NCBI RefSeq assembly: GCF_963921235.1
Contig: NC_086097.1
Span: 85,376,001 to 85,440,000 of the forward strand
From: Mobula hypostoma
Lineage: Eukaryota
DNA: 64,000 bases
Direction: 5' to 3'
Notes under the pieces: generated by a model
The model's database searches: none
The model's input: only the letters and a program-made list of their open reading frames with translations
Told to the model about the DNA's origin: nothing
In this document: piece after piece, positions 41,276-53,083 of the stretch
Layout: every line of letters begins with the position of its first letter
How positions within the stretch are numbered: the stretch's first letter is position 1
Program-made: the position numbers and the translations under genes

Positions 41276-41794
41276 AGGGAGGAGGTACGAGGATCTTGGG
41301 GTCCACATCCAGAAATCCCTCAAAGTTGCTGCACAAGTTGATAGGGTTGTTAAGAAAGCATAAGGTGTTCTGGCCCACATTAGTTAGGGGATAGAGTTCA
41401 AGAGCTATGTGTTAATGTTGCAGCTCTATAAAACCCTGGTTAAACCACAGTTCTGGTCGCCTCATTATAAGAAGGATGCAGAAGCTTTACAGAGGGTGCA
41501 GAGGAGACTTGCCAGGATGATGCCTGGGTTAGACAGCATGTCTTATGAGGATAGGTTGAGCAAACTAGGGCTTTTCTCTTTGGAGTGAAGGAGGATGAGA
41601 GTTAGCATGATAGAGGTGTTCAAGGTGATAGGAAGCATAAATTGAGTGGATGGCCAGGTACTTTTCTCCCAGGGCAAAAATGGCTAATATGAGGGGGCAT
41701 AATTTTAAGGTGACTGGAGCCAAGTACAGGGGGGATGTCAGAGGTAAGCTTCTACATACAAAGTGGAAGGCAGAGGGAGAGAGAGAGAGAGATT

Positions 41795-41990
41795 TTGATT
41801 AAGTACTCTTATTCATTTGAATAATTCATTACAGGTTATATGTATAAGTATGGGAATTGCATACATCATCACGCTACCACGTGATACGTGCTCACCTTGC
41901 TAAAAGAAAACTCAAAGTTAGTCCCGCATTTTCAGGCTCCTGTGCCTTCTTTTGAATTAGTTTAATGTTTTGAAGTTACAGAAAATAACA
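41795..41990 (+). mobile_element. Partial LTR of the Gypsy family at 13385-15141, opposite strand, inside a CR1 fragment (~41285-42070)
   Basis: aattcatta..ggttatatgta..ttttgaagttacagaaaataACA is the reverse complement of the LTR seen at 14903-15141 and 52856-53083. Confidence 0.7.
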
Positions 41991-42632
41991 GTTAGATCAT
42001 AAGTTAAAAGGTCAGTACAACATTGTGGGCTGAAGGGCCTGTACTCTGTTAAAATATTCTTTGTTGTATGTTCTTTGAATCTTGTTGTCCAGATGGCCAT
42101 GCATAATTATTTTCAAATGTTTAGAGCTGTTATTAACCACAGGGTCAAGTTCTTCATTGGCAGCATTTGCACCTGCTCAGCTGAAGAGCCAGTAGGGAGG
42201 TTACAAATTGTTAAAAATTGAGATGCAGCATGGAATTCCGGCCCTTCAAGCCTCCCAGCCAGCAATCCGCTGATTTTAATCCTAGCCTAATCAGGGGCAA
42301 TTTACAATGACCAATTAACCTTCCAATATTACGCCTTTAGGCTCTGGGAGGAAACTGGGGCACCTGGAGGAAACCTACGCATTGACAGGGAGAACATGCA
42401 AACTTCTTACAGGCAGTGGCGGAATTGAACTTGGGTCACCTGTACTGTAAAGTGCTGTGCTAACCACTATGCTACTGTGCCACCCAAATTTCTTTACAAG
42501 GAAAATAATGCCTCTTATTAACATTAGTAATGGTCCAAAGAAGAAGATGATCAGAGAAAGTAGGAAATTATTCTGTTATATTGCAGAATCAAAGAGCAGG
42601 CTAATACAGAGGAGTTAACTGGATGAAAGGAT

Positions 42633-42846
42633 GGTCGGCTGGTGGCGCAGTGAGATCAGTGCCGGGCTTGAGAACAGAGGTTCCCGAGTTCGATCCAGTG
42701 ACAGACCGCTCCCGAGTGCGCTCTCCATCCGCGCCGAGTTGATGTCGAGTTCGCAACTCGACCTCATAAAAAAAATCACTAACACTCCCACCTCCAGTTT
42801 AACTTCCCACACGGAATATTGTGGAGGATCAAATACCCAAATAACC
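42633..42846 (+). mobile_element. tRNA-derived SINE
   Basis: A box TGGCGCAGTG, B box GAGTTCGATCC; possible 6-bp TSD AAGGAT at 42627-42632 and 42847-42852; head shared with 47929-47663. Confidence 0.75.
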
Positions 42847-43931
42847 AAGGATTAGAGAATTAATTCTGTGGGTACAGCTGAGAAATTTGCATAGAATTCA
42901 TTTATAAATTTAGAATCTGTAATTTATCAGTATATCTAAAGTTTGTTTATCAGATATAGGCTGAATTATTTCAATAGGAATAAAAAAAGTACTCAAACAG
43001 GTCATTTGGAAACTGTGGAGAAAAAAATCATGTTAACCATTCTAGACAAAAGCCCTTCAAAAGAATTGAACTTTACTACTAACTCTCATTCACACATGAC
43101 CTAATGAATCATTGCAGAATTTTCAGCATTTATTTTAGTCTTCTAGCATCCACAATTCATTGATTTTCAGTCCGAATTGCAAGATAGGGGCAGAGGTTTA
43201 AAGTATGAGTGAGAATAACAGAGAGATGGACAGAAAGCACCCCTGTGGTCCAACATGTTGTGTGAATGTCAGTGAAAACAAAACAGGGTTATAAATTGAT
43301 TCTTTAGTGTTGAATTTTACTCTTCACACATAATAAATCACTCTTATTTGAAGGATTATAAAACTTGTGGAGAGTAATTGCCAGATTTACAAAATGACCG
43401 GGGCCTGAAGAGACTTGTCCAACAACAATCCATTTTCCTCAAACAGTGAAAAGCTGCTTAAGGTCAGAAACAAATTAGTGATGTTTTATATTACAGGAAA
43501 ACCCCTCGCTAACAAGAATAAAATAATAATGAATCTGCCTCCTCTAAGGATAGAGATACAATCTGAGAGAGTTTTGCATAGGATGTGCAATTATCTATTC
43601 CATTAAATACAACTGGTAGGTCTGTGTGTATTTCATAGATAGGTAAAAGGAATCTTCTGACATGAAGACAAGTTCAGCCAAGAATCTACTTTATCTTAAT
43701 ATTATGCACAATCACACTTAGAGTTAATAGTTTTGGCACTGGGGAATCCTACAGGACAAATTGGAACTTAATACAAAGTGCATTAAGTTTACATCATGAA
43801 GTAAATCCATTCGACCATTTTACAAAATGCATTTAAGAGTGTTCTTCGTTAATTAGTGCATACTTGTGTAGTTTCATATTTTATCATACAGGATTATTAG
43901 AGTGCATTCAGTAACTCAGGCGTTCCCTTAC

Positions 43932-44073
43932 CTCTGCCAGGCCTGCAGAGAAGTGGTTGCAGTTCTTGTGCATGAGATGGTAAGCATTGCCCTTGAACTC
44001 CTTCCCAAGCTCTTCAATAATTTTGTCAACATCTTCCTCTGTGAAGTCTGTGGTGCCAAGGGCAATGGCCTCT
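43932..44073 (-). CDS. DESI2: DESI2-like exon 4 (142 nt) with catalytic Cys motif HKNCNHF
   Basis: (K)[47 protein letters not shown]; acceptor cattcAG at 44075-44074, donor GTAAGG at 43931; phases join exon 3 and exon 5. Confidence 0.96.
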
Positions 44074-44629
44074 CTGAATGAAAACAACAGACTTCTTTTC
44101 AGGTTTACATCCTGCACATATAGATTCCCTGTGGCAATGCTCGCAGTTGGAAGATGTATTGTGCATTTGGTTGAATATATTGACGAATACCAAGAGAACA
44201 ACCCAATTTCTGTACTTGCCACACAACTCTAGAGATTTCTAGTGGTGCTAAAAGGGTGAATTTCCATAATTCTGTGAGAATTCTAGATCAGTAACTTGAT
44301 TTTTCTGAATAAACACAAATTATAATTTGTAGGTATTTATAACATATACTAAAAGACTGACTGGTTTTAACATATCTCCCATCTGATGATCAGCAGAGTA
44401 GCGAACTCTGCCCAAACAAGCAGGCCCAATACCCATTCCTATCCACGAAGTGGAACTGGTTAAAGAGCTGAATGAACGTACTGTGAGAGGACAGGAAGTT
44501 TAAACCAATGGCAACTTCTCACCATCTTTAGCTCCTAATGTAGCCGGCTGGGATTTTGTGGCTGTCTGAGATGAACCAGGACCACTGAGAAGATCTCTAC
44601 ACCTCAAATCACCTTGGGTATTATGAAGT

Positions 44630-46030
44630 TAGGCAGGATGGTCGATATTATTCTTTTGTTCAAGAAAGGTAATAGGAAAAACATTGGGAATTATAGACCA
44701 GCGACTTTTACATCAGTAGTAGGTAAACAATTGGAGAGGATTCTTAGAGAGTGTTTACAAGCATTGTGAAGGGCAGGTTGTGTTTCAAGAGCCTGATTGA
44801 CTTTTTCAAGGAACTGACAAGAGATAAATGTTCTATGCTCTAGGTGACAAAACAGATTGATGAAGCTGGAGCAGTGGACATGATGTATATGGATCTTAGT
44901 AAAGTGCTTGATAAGTTTCCCCATAGTAGGCACATTCAGAAAGTCAGGAGACATGGAAACCAGAGAATCGTGGCTGCATGCATACAGAATTGATTGCCCA
45001 CTGGGGACAGAGGGTATTAGAAGATGGAGTGTATTTTGTCTGGAGGTCCGTAACTAGTGGTGTTCTGCAGGGATCTGTCCTGGGACTCCGGCTTTGACTT
45101 AGATGAGGGTTAGTAAGCATGCAGATGACATAAAGGTTGGTAGTGCTGTGGATGGTGTAGAAAGTTGTCATAGGTTAAAAGAGGGGAATTGACGGGATGC
45201 AGAGCTTGGTTGAAAAGCAGCAGGTGGAGTTCAGTTCAGAGAAGTGTGAAGTGATACACTTTGGAAGGTCAGCCATGATGGAGAATAGAAGGTTTATAGC
45301 AGGATTCTTAGCAGTATGGGGGAACAAAGGGATCTTGGGGTCCATGTCAGTAGTTCCCTCAAAGTTGCCATTTAAGTTGATAGCAAGTTAAGAAGGCATT
45401 TGGTGTATTGGCCTTCGTTAGTTGAGGATTGGGTTCAAGAGCCGCCAGGTAATGTTGCAGCTCTATAAAACTCTGGTTAGACTGCTCTTGGAGTGTTGTG
45501 TTCATTTCTCATTGCCTCATTATGATGAGGAAGGATGTGGAAGCGTTGGAGAGGGTGTAGATGAGATTTACCTGGATGCTGCCTGGATTACAGTATGTCT
45601 CGTGAAGAAGGGCTGAGCAACCTAGGGCTTTCTTCTTCGGAGCAAAGAAGAAAGGGAGATTATTTGAGAGAGGTACAAGAGGCATAGATCGAGTGGATAG
45701 CCAGAGGCTTTTTTCCAGGGTATAAATGGGTAATACAAGGGGACATAATTTTAAGGTCATTGGAGGAGAATCTAGAGGGGATGTTAGAGGTAAGTTTTTT
45801 TTTACACAGGGAGTAGTGTGTTCATGGAATGCCATGCTAGGGGTAGTGGTAAAGACAGATACATTAGGTACAATTAAGAAACTCTTAGATAGGTACATGG
45901 ATGAAAGAAAAATAGAGGGCTATGTGAACAGCAAGGGTTAGATTGTCCTTGGAATAGGTTAAAATGTTGGCACAATATTGTGGGTTGAAGGGTCTGTACT
46001 GTTTTGTGTTCTATGTTTTATGTTCTATGC
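44630..46030 (+). mobile_element. CR1 RT/3' fragment
   Basis: NYRP, ADD.K, SEKCEVIHFG, LYKTLVR remnants; (TTCTATG)n tail. Confidence 0.85.
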
Positions 46031-47662
46031 TATTAATCAAGTTGTCCCAGTTAACTAATACACACGTGTGTCAATTTCTGAGTCACAAAGTGGGTCACTA
46101 CCTTTAATCTTCAACAATGCTTACATTGAGATATTCCAAGGACACAATAATTCTCTGACGTGTAGCCATAAATATCATCAGGAGTTTCCAAACAGCACAT
46201 TGGTAAAAAGAACTACATTTGATTCACAGAGGCCCGAAATAGAGTGAACCCTGATTTCCAAAGCAACTTTTGAATCCACAAGCACTTCTTCAATGATCAC
46301 TGAGCTCAATAAATGATTTTACCAGGAGCTGGAGCTGAGGCAGCACTAAGAATTTTGATGCAGTTAGGAACATGAAAAGGCAATTCATTTAACAAGATAT
46401 AAAATAGAAATAAGCAGCAGAAAATACTTTTTGTGAACTTTAAATTTTTGTAAGAACTGTGATGGTGGGAAAACCTTCAGAAACAATTATCTGAAAGAAA
46501 ATGAATTGCCACCTGAAGGAAAATAGATTAATAAGCTGAGCCCATGTGAATTTATTAAGGGTAGATTATTGTTAATCAATTTGATAGAGTTTTCAGATGA
46601 GGTAGCACATGGAGCTGATGAAGGCAATGCAATTGATGTGTTGTACGTGCTTCATATTGTGTGTGTGTGTGTGTGTGTGTATACAGTATATATAGATATA
46701 GGTTTTCAGTAACTGCAGTTGTTTTTTTAAATTACCATTTACTGTAACAATCTGATGGACTGACTATATCTGCCAGTCATTCACATGCCCATAAGTAAAT
46801 AAATAAATAAAATATCAGCAAAGTTGAAACATATGGTGTGAAAGGGATGTTCATAGCATGGATAGGAGGTTGTCTAAATAAATGCAATGCAGTTTTATGG
46901 CGAATTGACTGGAGGACAATGGTGTTTCTGAAGGAACAGTATTGGAGACATTCCTCTTTCTGATCTATACTAATGGGTGCAAGCCACACTTTCCAAAGTA
47001 GCAGGAAGATATAAATAGGCTGGAAGAATGTCTGGAATGGGTAATACCAGGTGGAGAAATGTGAGATGCTGCATTTTGGAAGCAAGAATGAGGAGAGGCT
47101 AAGTAGAATAAAGGATACTGTCTGAAAGACCTGCAGAAATACATGGACCTGAGAATTATATGTGCACAAATCACTGAAAGTGACAGGGCAAATTGAGAAC
47201 ATATTTAATAAGTGTTACATATTTCGGAGCTTTATCATTACAGGCATACCGTACAAAAGCAGGGACATTATGCTGAACTTTTATAAAATACAGGTCTAGC
47301 TCCAATTGTGTTGAATTTAGTTGCCACACTTTGGGAAGGATGTGAGGGCATTAGAGAGAGTCCAGAAAAGGAAAGTTACAATGATGGAGAGGTTGGGACT
47401 GTTTTCTTTGTAGAAGGGAAGCTGAGGGGAAACTTGGTTGAAGTAAATCAAATGGTAAAGAGACAGGACGGAGTGGTTATTGGTGAGCTGTACTCTGTAG
47501 TGGAGGTGTCAATGGTTAGAGATCAGAGGTACAAAGCAAATGAAAAGTGACGTGAGGAAAAATGCTTTTACTTCTTTTGTAGCTGGAACTGGGTATCCTT
47601 TCCCAACAGATGTGCTGGAGGCAGGTTCTATTGTGGCCTTTGAAAGGAATTGCATAAATATA

Positions 47663-47929
47663 GGAAAGGAAAGGTACGTCGCATCTGGAGTTTCTCCAGT
47701 TAGTGGACGATTTCCTTCCACGCCTCTCTGACATAGCGGGGAACTGCGTACGAGGCAAGTTACAGCAGTGGTTTGCCATTGCCTTCTGCCGGGTGAGTTT
47801 CCAAAGAGATCACCAGGTCATAACCCAGCACGGATGGAAAGTGTATAGGGGAGCCGGCCGGAGCTGGATTCGAACTCTGGACCTTTCATCCCAAAGTCTG
47901 ACGCTGATGCCACTACGCCACCAGCCGGG
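47663..47929 (-). mobile_element. tRNA-derived SINE with RTE/BovB-like tail motif
   Basis: Minus ggctggTGGCGTAGTGG..GAGTTCGAATCC; AGAAGGCAATGGCAAACCACTG motif; (TTTCC)n tail; 13-bp TSD TTGC(A/G)TAAATATA at 47650-47662 and 47930-47942; inside an old CR1 (~46540-48070). Confidence 0.85.
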
Positions 47930-49349
47930 TTGCGTAAATATAAATTGAGGTAAAAATTGTAGGTTTACAGGGATAGGGCAGAAGGGTGGAATTAGAGGGC
48001 TGCTCTGATAGAGAGGTACCATGAACATGATGGGCTGAATGGCCTCCTTCCCTGCTATAAGCATTCCATAATTCCATGAAATAAAGTCCAGATAAATGAG
48101 TCATAGGTCCACCATAAAACTGGAGGTTTTCCCTGTAGTTTAAAGCTGGTTTATTTTACACCTTCTACAATATTGATTTTGCAAAGATTTATAAAGTTCA
48201 TCTTTGTTTGAACATGATTATTAGGGGTGTTAGTGGCACCGCAGTTAGTTAGTCATGGGCTGCATGCTTCTGAATATCCAAGTGTAAATACGAGGCCAAC
48301 ATCAAGGGGATATAAAACTAACAACCAAAGTAAATAAAGAGCTGCAGGCAGAGCATGGACCTTCAGTATAGAGTTTATAGGGAGTTTTGCTGAGTAAAAA
48401 CACTCAACTACTTATAAATTTGATGTAGAAATTAAATTTTCATTAATGGAAATTTTAATCTGCATACATCAGAGTTCATTCATCCAAATTCTGGTGGCCA
48501 CTATACATTACAATTTGATCCGCACATAAACAATCAAGGCAATCCTATTCAAAATGAAAAATGTACGCACAGAATTCAGCCATTTTATTAAGAGACTGTT
48601 GAATGGAATTATTGATTTTTAGATGCTGACCTTTAATCTTAATTCATTTATATGTTCACTAGAGCAAGGGGCATTAGTACTCAGTGATGAGGTAGCTTTT
48701 CTGCTTCACCATCTGCTGGCAGCACTGGATGCTTAGTTTATGAGAAGCCTCTTTACTCTGCCTCAACCATGGCAATGCAATTATTACCGCACCCATTTTC
48801 TGCTTCGTGAAGCAGTAGATGAGATTGTCATGTTAAATGGTCAGTACATCATGTCACTGATACTGCTTTTTCAACCTGTGTGTCCTTCCAGCTAGAGCTC
48901 ATTTCCATAATAACCAGGATATCTGGAAATAGACATGACAGGCTGCCATCCTGGGCTGGGTTTGAACAATTCATAGACCCATTGTTGTGCTCCATCTACC
49001 ATGCTCTTAGCAATGAATGGACAGCCCAGATGCAACAACACAGCTATCTTGCGATTGTTAATGTTACACCTTTGCCATGCTTTCACTTGAAACTAGGTTC
49101 TCAGTTTGAATTTGACTGGACAAAACAACAGCTCCCTCAGGAAGAGGCTGTAGTTTCACAAAGACCTTCCTTAGTTGGATGAACAATAGACATAGACCTT
49201 GCTTTTCAGCATACCACTGATCTGTAGCAAAGTGTCCTCTAGCACAGTGGTAGCAGGGAGGACTATGTAGATTATCAGACAACTAACAGTGAAAGGAACC
49301 ACAGCAGTGGGGGAATCCTCTCAACTTACTTCAACTTCTTACCCGCTCC

Positions 49350-50760
49350 TCTTTCTCTCCCTTGGTTAATGACTCACATGCTAAAACTGTTCCTACAGAA
49401 AGAGTTGGAGACAAGTCTCACTGGACAGCAGGTAGAGCTGAGAAGCCCTCTTCCTATTGTATAAGGGGGCAAAGAAGGTGAAGGCTTACAGTTACTCAAA
49501 GTTACAAACTTAGCTGTTATAGACAGTGTTATGTTGTTGAGATTAAGTGTGTACAAAGCAGATATACAGTATGTTATCCTAGAAAATAGATCCTGCAGTG
49601 CTGTTTTATGAATCAGTGCATGAACAGGAATTGATGTTATCTCTAGTAGATCAGACTGAGTGAAAACACACCGATCAAGAGACTGGGCATGTTGTTCCAC
49701 ATTCCTGGTGTCAGGTGGATACCTTGTTATATATCGCAAGGTTCACACTTAAGCTTAAAGCCCTGCACAATGACTGCCATGGAATAGTCTTACCAGAACT
49801 AGGAGTACACTTTGCTTTCCTCACTGAAAGGGACACTCTGCTGACATTTGAAGACTTGGTAACCTTCACGATTGGATGCTTCCTAATCAAAACTTCCAAC
49901 CTCCGCAGAGTAGGCTACAGCTAATAGGCAGTGCTTTCTCCAACATATAGATGTTCACTCCAGGAGTGTCACTGTGGGCTGCTCTCCAATTGCTAAAGGT
50001 ATTATGATAGTTTGGCCACTCAGGCAGGGTAGGAGGGCTCGTGGCAAAGTACACATCCATCAGTGAGGAGTCTACAGGAAAACGTCATCTGATCTGCACT
50101 CTCCTGAAGAACAATTGCTCTGTATGCTCGTGCTTCTCAAAGATGCACCACAGAGATTTGTGGCATCCCATGGTGTGACCTAGAGACAAACTTACAGCTT
50201 CTTTTGTAGAGGGGAAAGTATCAGTCGGTCTCTGTTTCCTGGCCACTGGCCCATTCCAGGTCTATCAATGTTGATGCTTTCTGTAGCACAAGAAATGCCA
50301 CCCAGGCACTCAACTCATTAAAGAATGGGTTCATATATTTGGATTTTGGTGACAGGAAGGTAAGTTGTCAAGCAACTGTCAGTATTGCTGGTAGACTTCT
50401 TCACATGATTTCAACATTTGGACATAGAACTGACTAACCCTGAATCACAATGGCCTGGCCCCCAACTATCTCAACTCCTCTGTGGATTTTGCATATGGTT
50501 GTTGGTGATTGCACTAGTGGAAGTGAAGGGACCATCACAATAATCAGGGCATGTCAGTCATCCTGAGTAGCAATATATACTGCTGGTGATAAATCTATAA
50601 GGTAATGAAAGGACTTTCTGAATGCTGAACTGCAATCCAAGTATGGATCATAATCTCCCAGCAGCTGTACTTCCTCACTACAAATGAGTAATGAAGCAAC
50701 AATGAGTAACCCAAAGTTAGAGCTGAAAACCACCATAGTATAGCGCCAGTAGAGCGATTA
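49350..50760 (-). pseudogene. Possible decayed env / F-type fusion glycoprotein remnant (tentative)
   Basis: Interrupted minus-strand peptides with Cys spacing KRSCKF..P.ISVVHL..TFSC..GCVLC..LLPC, then PGVNIYML; no similarity to other repeats seen in the window; impression only. Confidence 0.3.
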
Positions 50761-50860
50761 ACATGAGAAGCTGCCTCTCCAGAGGGGGTTACGTGTGCTG
50801 AGCTGAGTATGCTGAAGTGAAATGAAAGAAAAGGGATCTAGTGCTTTCCCGCCGTATATG

Positions 50861-51172
50861 ACGAATAAACTCTTTTTGGGCTTCCAGCTGGGTACAGGTA
50901 TCACCTGAAATGAAACTGGAGGAAAAGAATTTTTAACAGAGGTGAAGGTCTCAAAGTAAGAACTAGAATTTGATTGTAAACAAGGTGGGAGAGTGGAAAC
51001 CTGATTGGATGAGGACTAACTAATCAGGAGGCACGGACTATGGGGGTATAAATACCACCAGACTAGACATGCCCAGGCATCAACTCTGAAGAAGATAGCA
51101 GAGCTTTTCACTGAAACATTGGTTATAATTGACATCCGTACCCTGCTGGAAGCCCAAGATGAGTTTATTCAT
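50861..51172 (+). mobile_element. Penelope-like element 3' relic with inverted terminal arms
   Basis: EMKLEEKNFNRGEGL (end of GIY-YIG ORF); inverted arms 50863-50895 / 51138-51170; TATAAAT; degenerate hammerhead CTGAAGA (51086)..GAAA (51113). Confidence 0.75.
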
Positions 51173-51187
51173 GAATTGAAAGTTGTT

Positions 51188-51650
51188 ATAAGACCATAAG
51201 ATATAGGAGCAGAAGTAGGTCATTTGGCCCATTGAGTCTGCTCCACCATTCAATCATGGGCTGATCCAATTCTTCCAGTCATCCCCGCTCCCTGCCTTCT
51301 CCCCATACTCTTTGATGCCCTGGCTAATCAAGATACTATCTATCTCTGCCTTAAATGCACCCAATGATTTGGCCTCCACAGCCACTCATGGCAACAAATT
51401 CCACAGATTTACCACCCTCTGACTAAAGTAATTTCTCCGTATCTCTGTTCTAAATGGACATCCTTCAATCCTGAAGTCATGCCCTCTTGTCCTGGACTCC
51501 CCTACCATGGGAAGTAACTTTGCCATATCTAATCTGTTCAGGCCTTTTAACACATTCGGAATGTTTCTATGAGATTTCCCCCTCATTCTCTTGAACTCCA
51601 GAGAATAAAGCCCAAGAGCTGCCAGATGTTCCTCATACGGTAACCCTTTC
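51188..51650 (-). mobile_element. CR1 3' end
   Basis: GLPYEEHLAALGLYSLEF..FSQRVVNLWNLLP; ataagaccataagatat tail. Confidence 0.9.
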
Positions 51651-51945
51651 ATATTGGATCTGCTTTGACATAAGTCACCAATTTCACTGGTTTCACCACA
51701 TCCACACTCAAATGCCCCATATTCAATAAAATCTCGTTTGATGGGTTGAAATGGATTCAAATACTAGTTGGCTAAAATAATGACTACTTCACCACATACA
51801 TGTTGTCATTAAATCCTTACTTCTTCATTTCACAAAGAAGTTAGACTAGTTCCTCCCGCAATTTATTCTTCTCCTTTGCAATTTACTGCATGTGTGTCGT
51901 GGATCTGCACATGCGGCATTGTGTGTATTGCAAAAAAATCCTTAC

Positions 51946-52039
51946 TTGAATTTAAATGTCTCCCCCAATTCTGCAGCATTTCCAGGTGTGATCTCGAAGA
52001 TTCCACTGAAAGAGTACGGGTGTCCTCCATAGGCATACT
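51946..52039 (-). CDS. DESI2: DESI2-like exon 3 (94 nt), absent from the ORF track
   Basis: (E)[30 protein letters not shown](K); polypyrimidine tract tttctctgttctctttgccAG, donor GTAAGG at 51945; ends in phase 2, matching exon 4. Confidence 0.96.
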
Positions 52040-52160
52040 CTGGCAAAGAGAACAGAGAAAACGTCTCTTTAGTAAGGTTCAGCAACCCAGAGTCATGAAA
52101 TTCCTCAACAGACATTCACTAAGCACACGGCTTGATGGAAGCTATGTGCTCTACTCCACA

Positions 52161-52288
52161 ACACAAAATACTCTGCAGGTGCTGGGGTCAAAGCAACACT
52201 CACAACACGCTGGACGAACTCAGCAGGTCAGTCAACATTTCCAAAGATGCTGCCTAACATGCTGAGCTCCTCCAGCATATTGTGAGTG
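52161..52288. repeat. Fold-back (inverted) insertion derived from a Penelope-type terminal repeat
   Basis: Arms cactcacaacacgctggacgaactcagca / tgctgagctcctccagcatattgtgagtg; 15-bp direct repeat GTGCTCTACTCCACA at 52146-52160 and 52289-52303. Confidence 0.8.
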
Positions 52289-52642
52289 GTGCTCTACTCC
52301 ACACCTGAAATTTCCTCCTGTGCCATAATAAAGCAATGGGAAGTCAAAGGAGTTTAGGATGGTGGATAATCAGGAATGTAAATACTTAGCAGGGAACATA
52401 AATGAGAAGCAAAGCTCAAAGTAAATTTACTATCAAAGTACATATTTGTCACCGTATAAAACCCTGAAATTCATTTTCTTGCAGTAAATACAAAGAAACA
52501 GCAAAAAAAACCAGACAAAATAATAATAATAATAAATAAGTAAGCAATAAATATCTAGAACATGGGATGAAGAGTCCTTGTAAGTGAGTCTATAAGTTGT
52601 GTAAACAGCTCGGTGTTGGGGTGAAAAAAGTTATCCACTCTG

Positions 52643-52676
52643 GTCCTGACGAAGGGTCTCGGCCTGAAACGTCGAC
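52643..52676 (+). ncRNA. Minimal type-I hammerhead ribozyme motif (Penelope-associated)
   Basis: gtc CTGACGA (52646-52652) agg-gtctcgg-cct GAAA (52666-52669) cg TC gac; helix I gtc/gac, helix II AGG/CCT, palindromic ACGT in place of helix III; predicted cleavage after C52673. Confidence 0.75.
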
Positions 52677-52855
52677 TGCGCCTCTTCCTATAGATGCTGC
52701 TTGGCCTGCTGCGTTCACCAGCAACTTTGATGTATGTCACTCTGGTTCAAGACCTGGTGGTTGAGGGGTAATAACTGTTCCTGACTCTGGTGGTATGAGT
52801 ACTGAGGCTCCTGTACCCTCTTCCTGATGGCAGCTGTGAGAAGAGAGCATGGCCT

Positions 52856-53083
52856 TGTTTTGGTTTGTAACTCCAAAGCATAAAATTAATTGGATGAAAC
52901 ACAAGGGAGTCTGGAACGCGAGTCAAACTTTATTTTTATTTAAAGTGAGGCATGGGTATATGACATGTTGGCGTGATGACATGCCATTCACATACTTCAT
53001 GAATATAACCATAATGAGTTATTTAAACAAGCAATACATTTACAATATTATTCAAATATTACTGATATATTAAATACATAACA
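52856..53083 (-). mobile_element. Solo LTR of the Gypsy family at 13385-15141
   Basis: TG...CA ends; flanks GGCC(T) at 52851-52855 and GGCC(A) at 53084-53088; shares ccataatga.tt and caaatattactga..tattaaatac blocks with both LTRs. Confidence 0.85.

Noticed and set aside
42633..42705. Possible tRNA genes (also 38620-38680 and 47860-47929)
   Set aside because: A/B boxes continue into SINE bodies and tails with TSDs; no convincing cloverleaf
44074..44222. N-terminal part of ORF 43908-44222
   Set aside because: Intronic read-through upstream of the exon 4 acceptor; no DESI2 similarity
49460..49750. Plus-strand methyltransferase-like words (GEG..VID..DVI..GGYLVI)
   Set aside because: Several in-frame stops, short generic motifs, no splice or ORF support; likely chance
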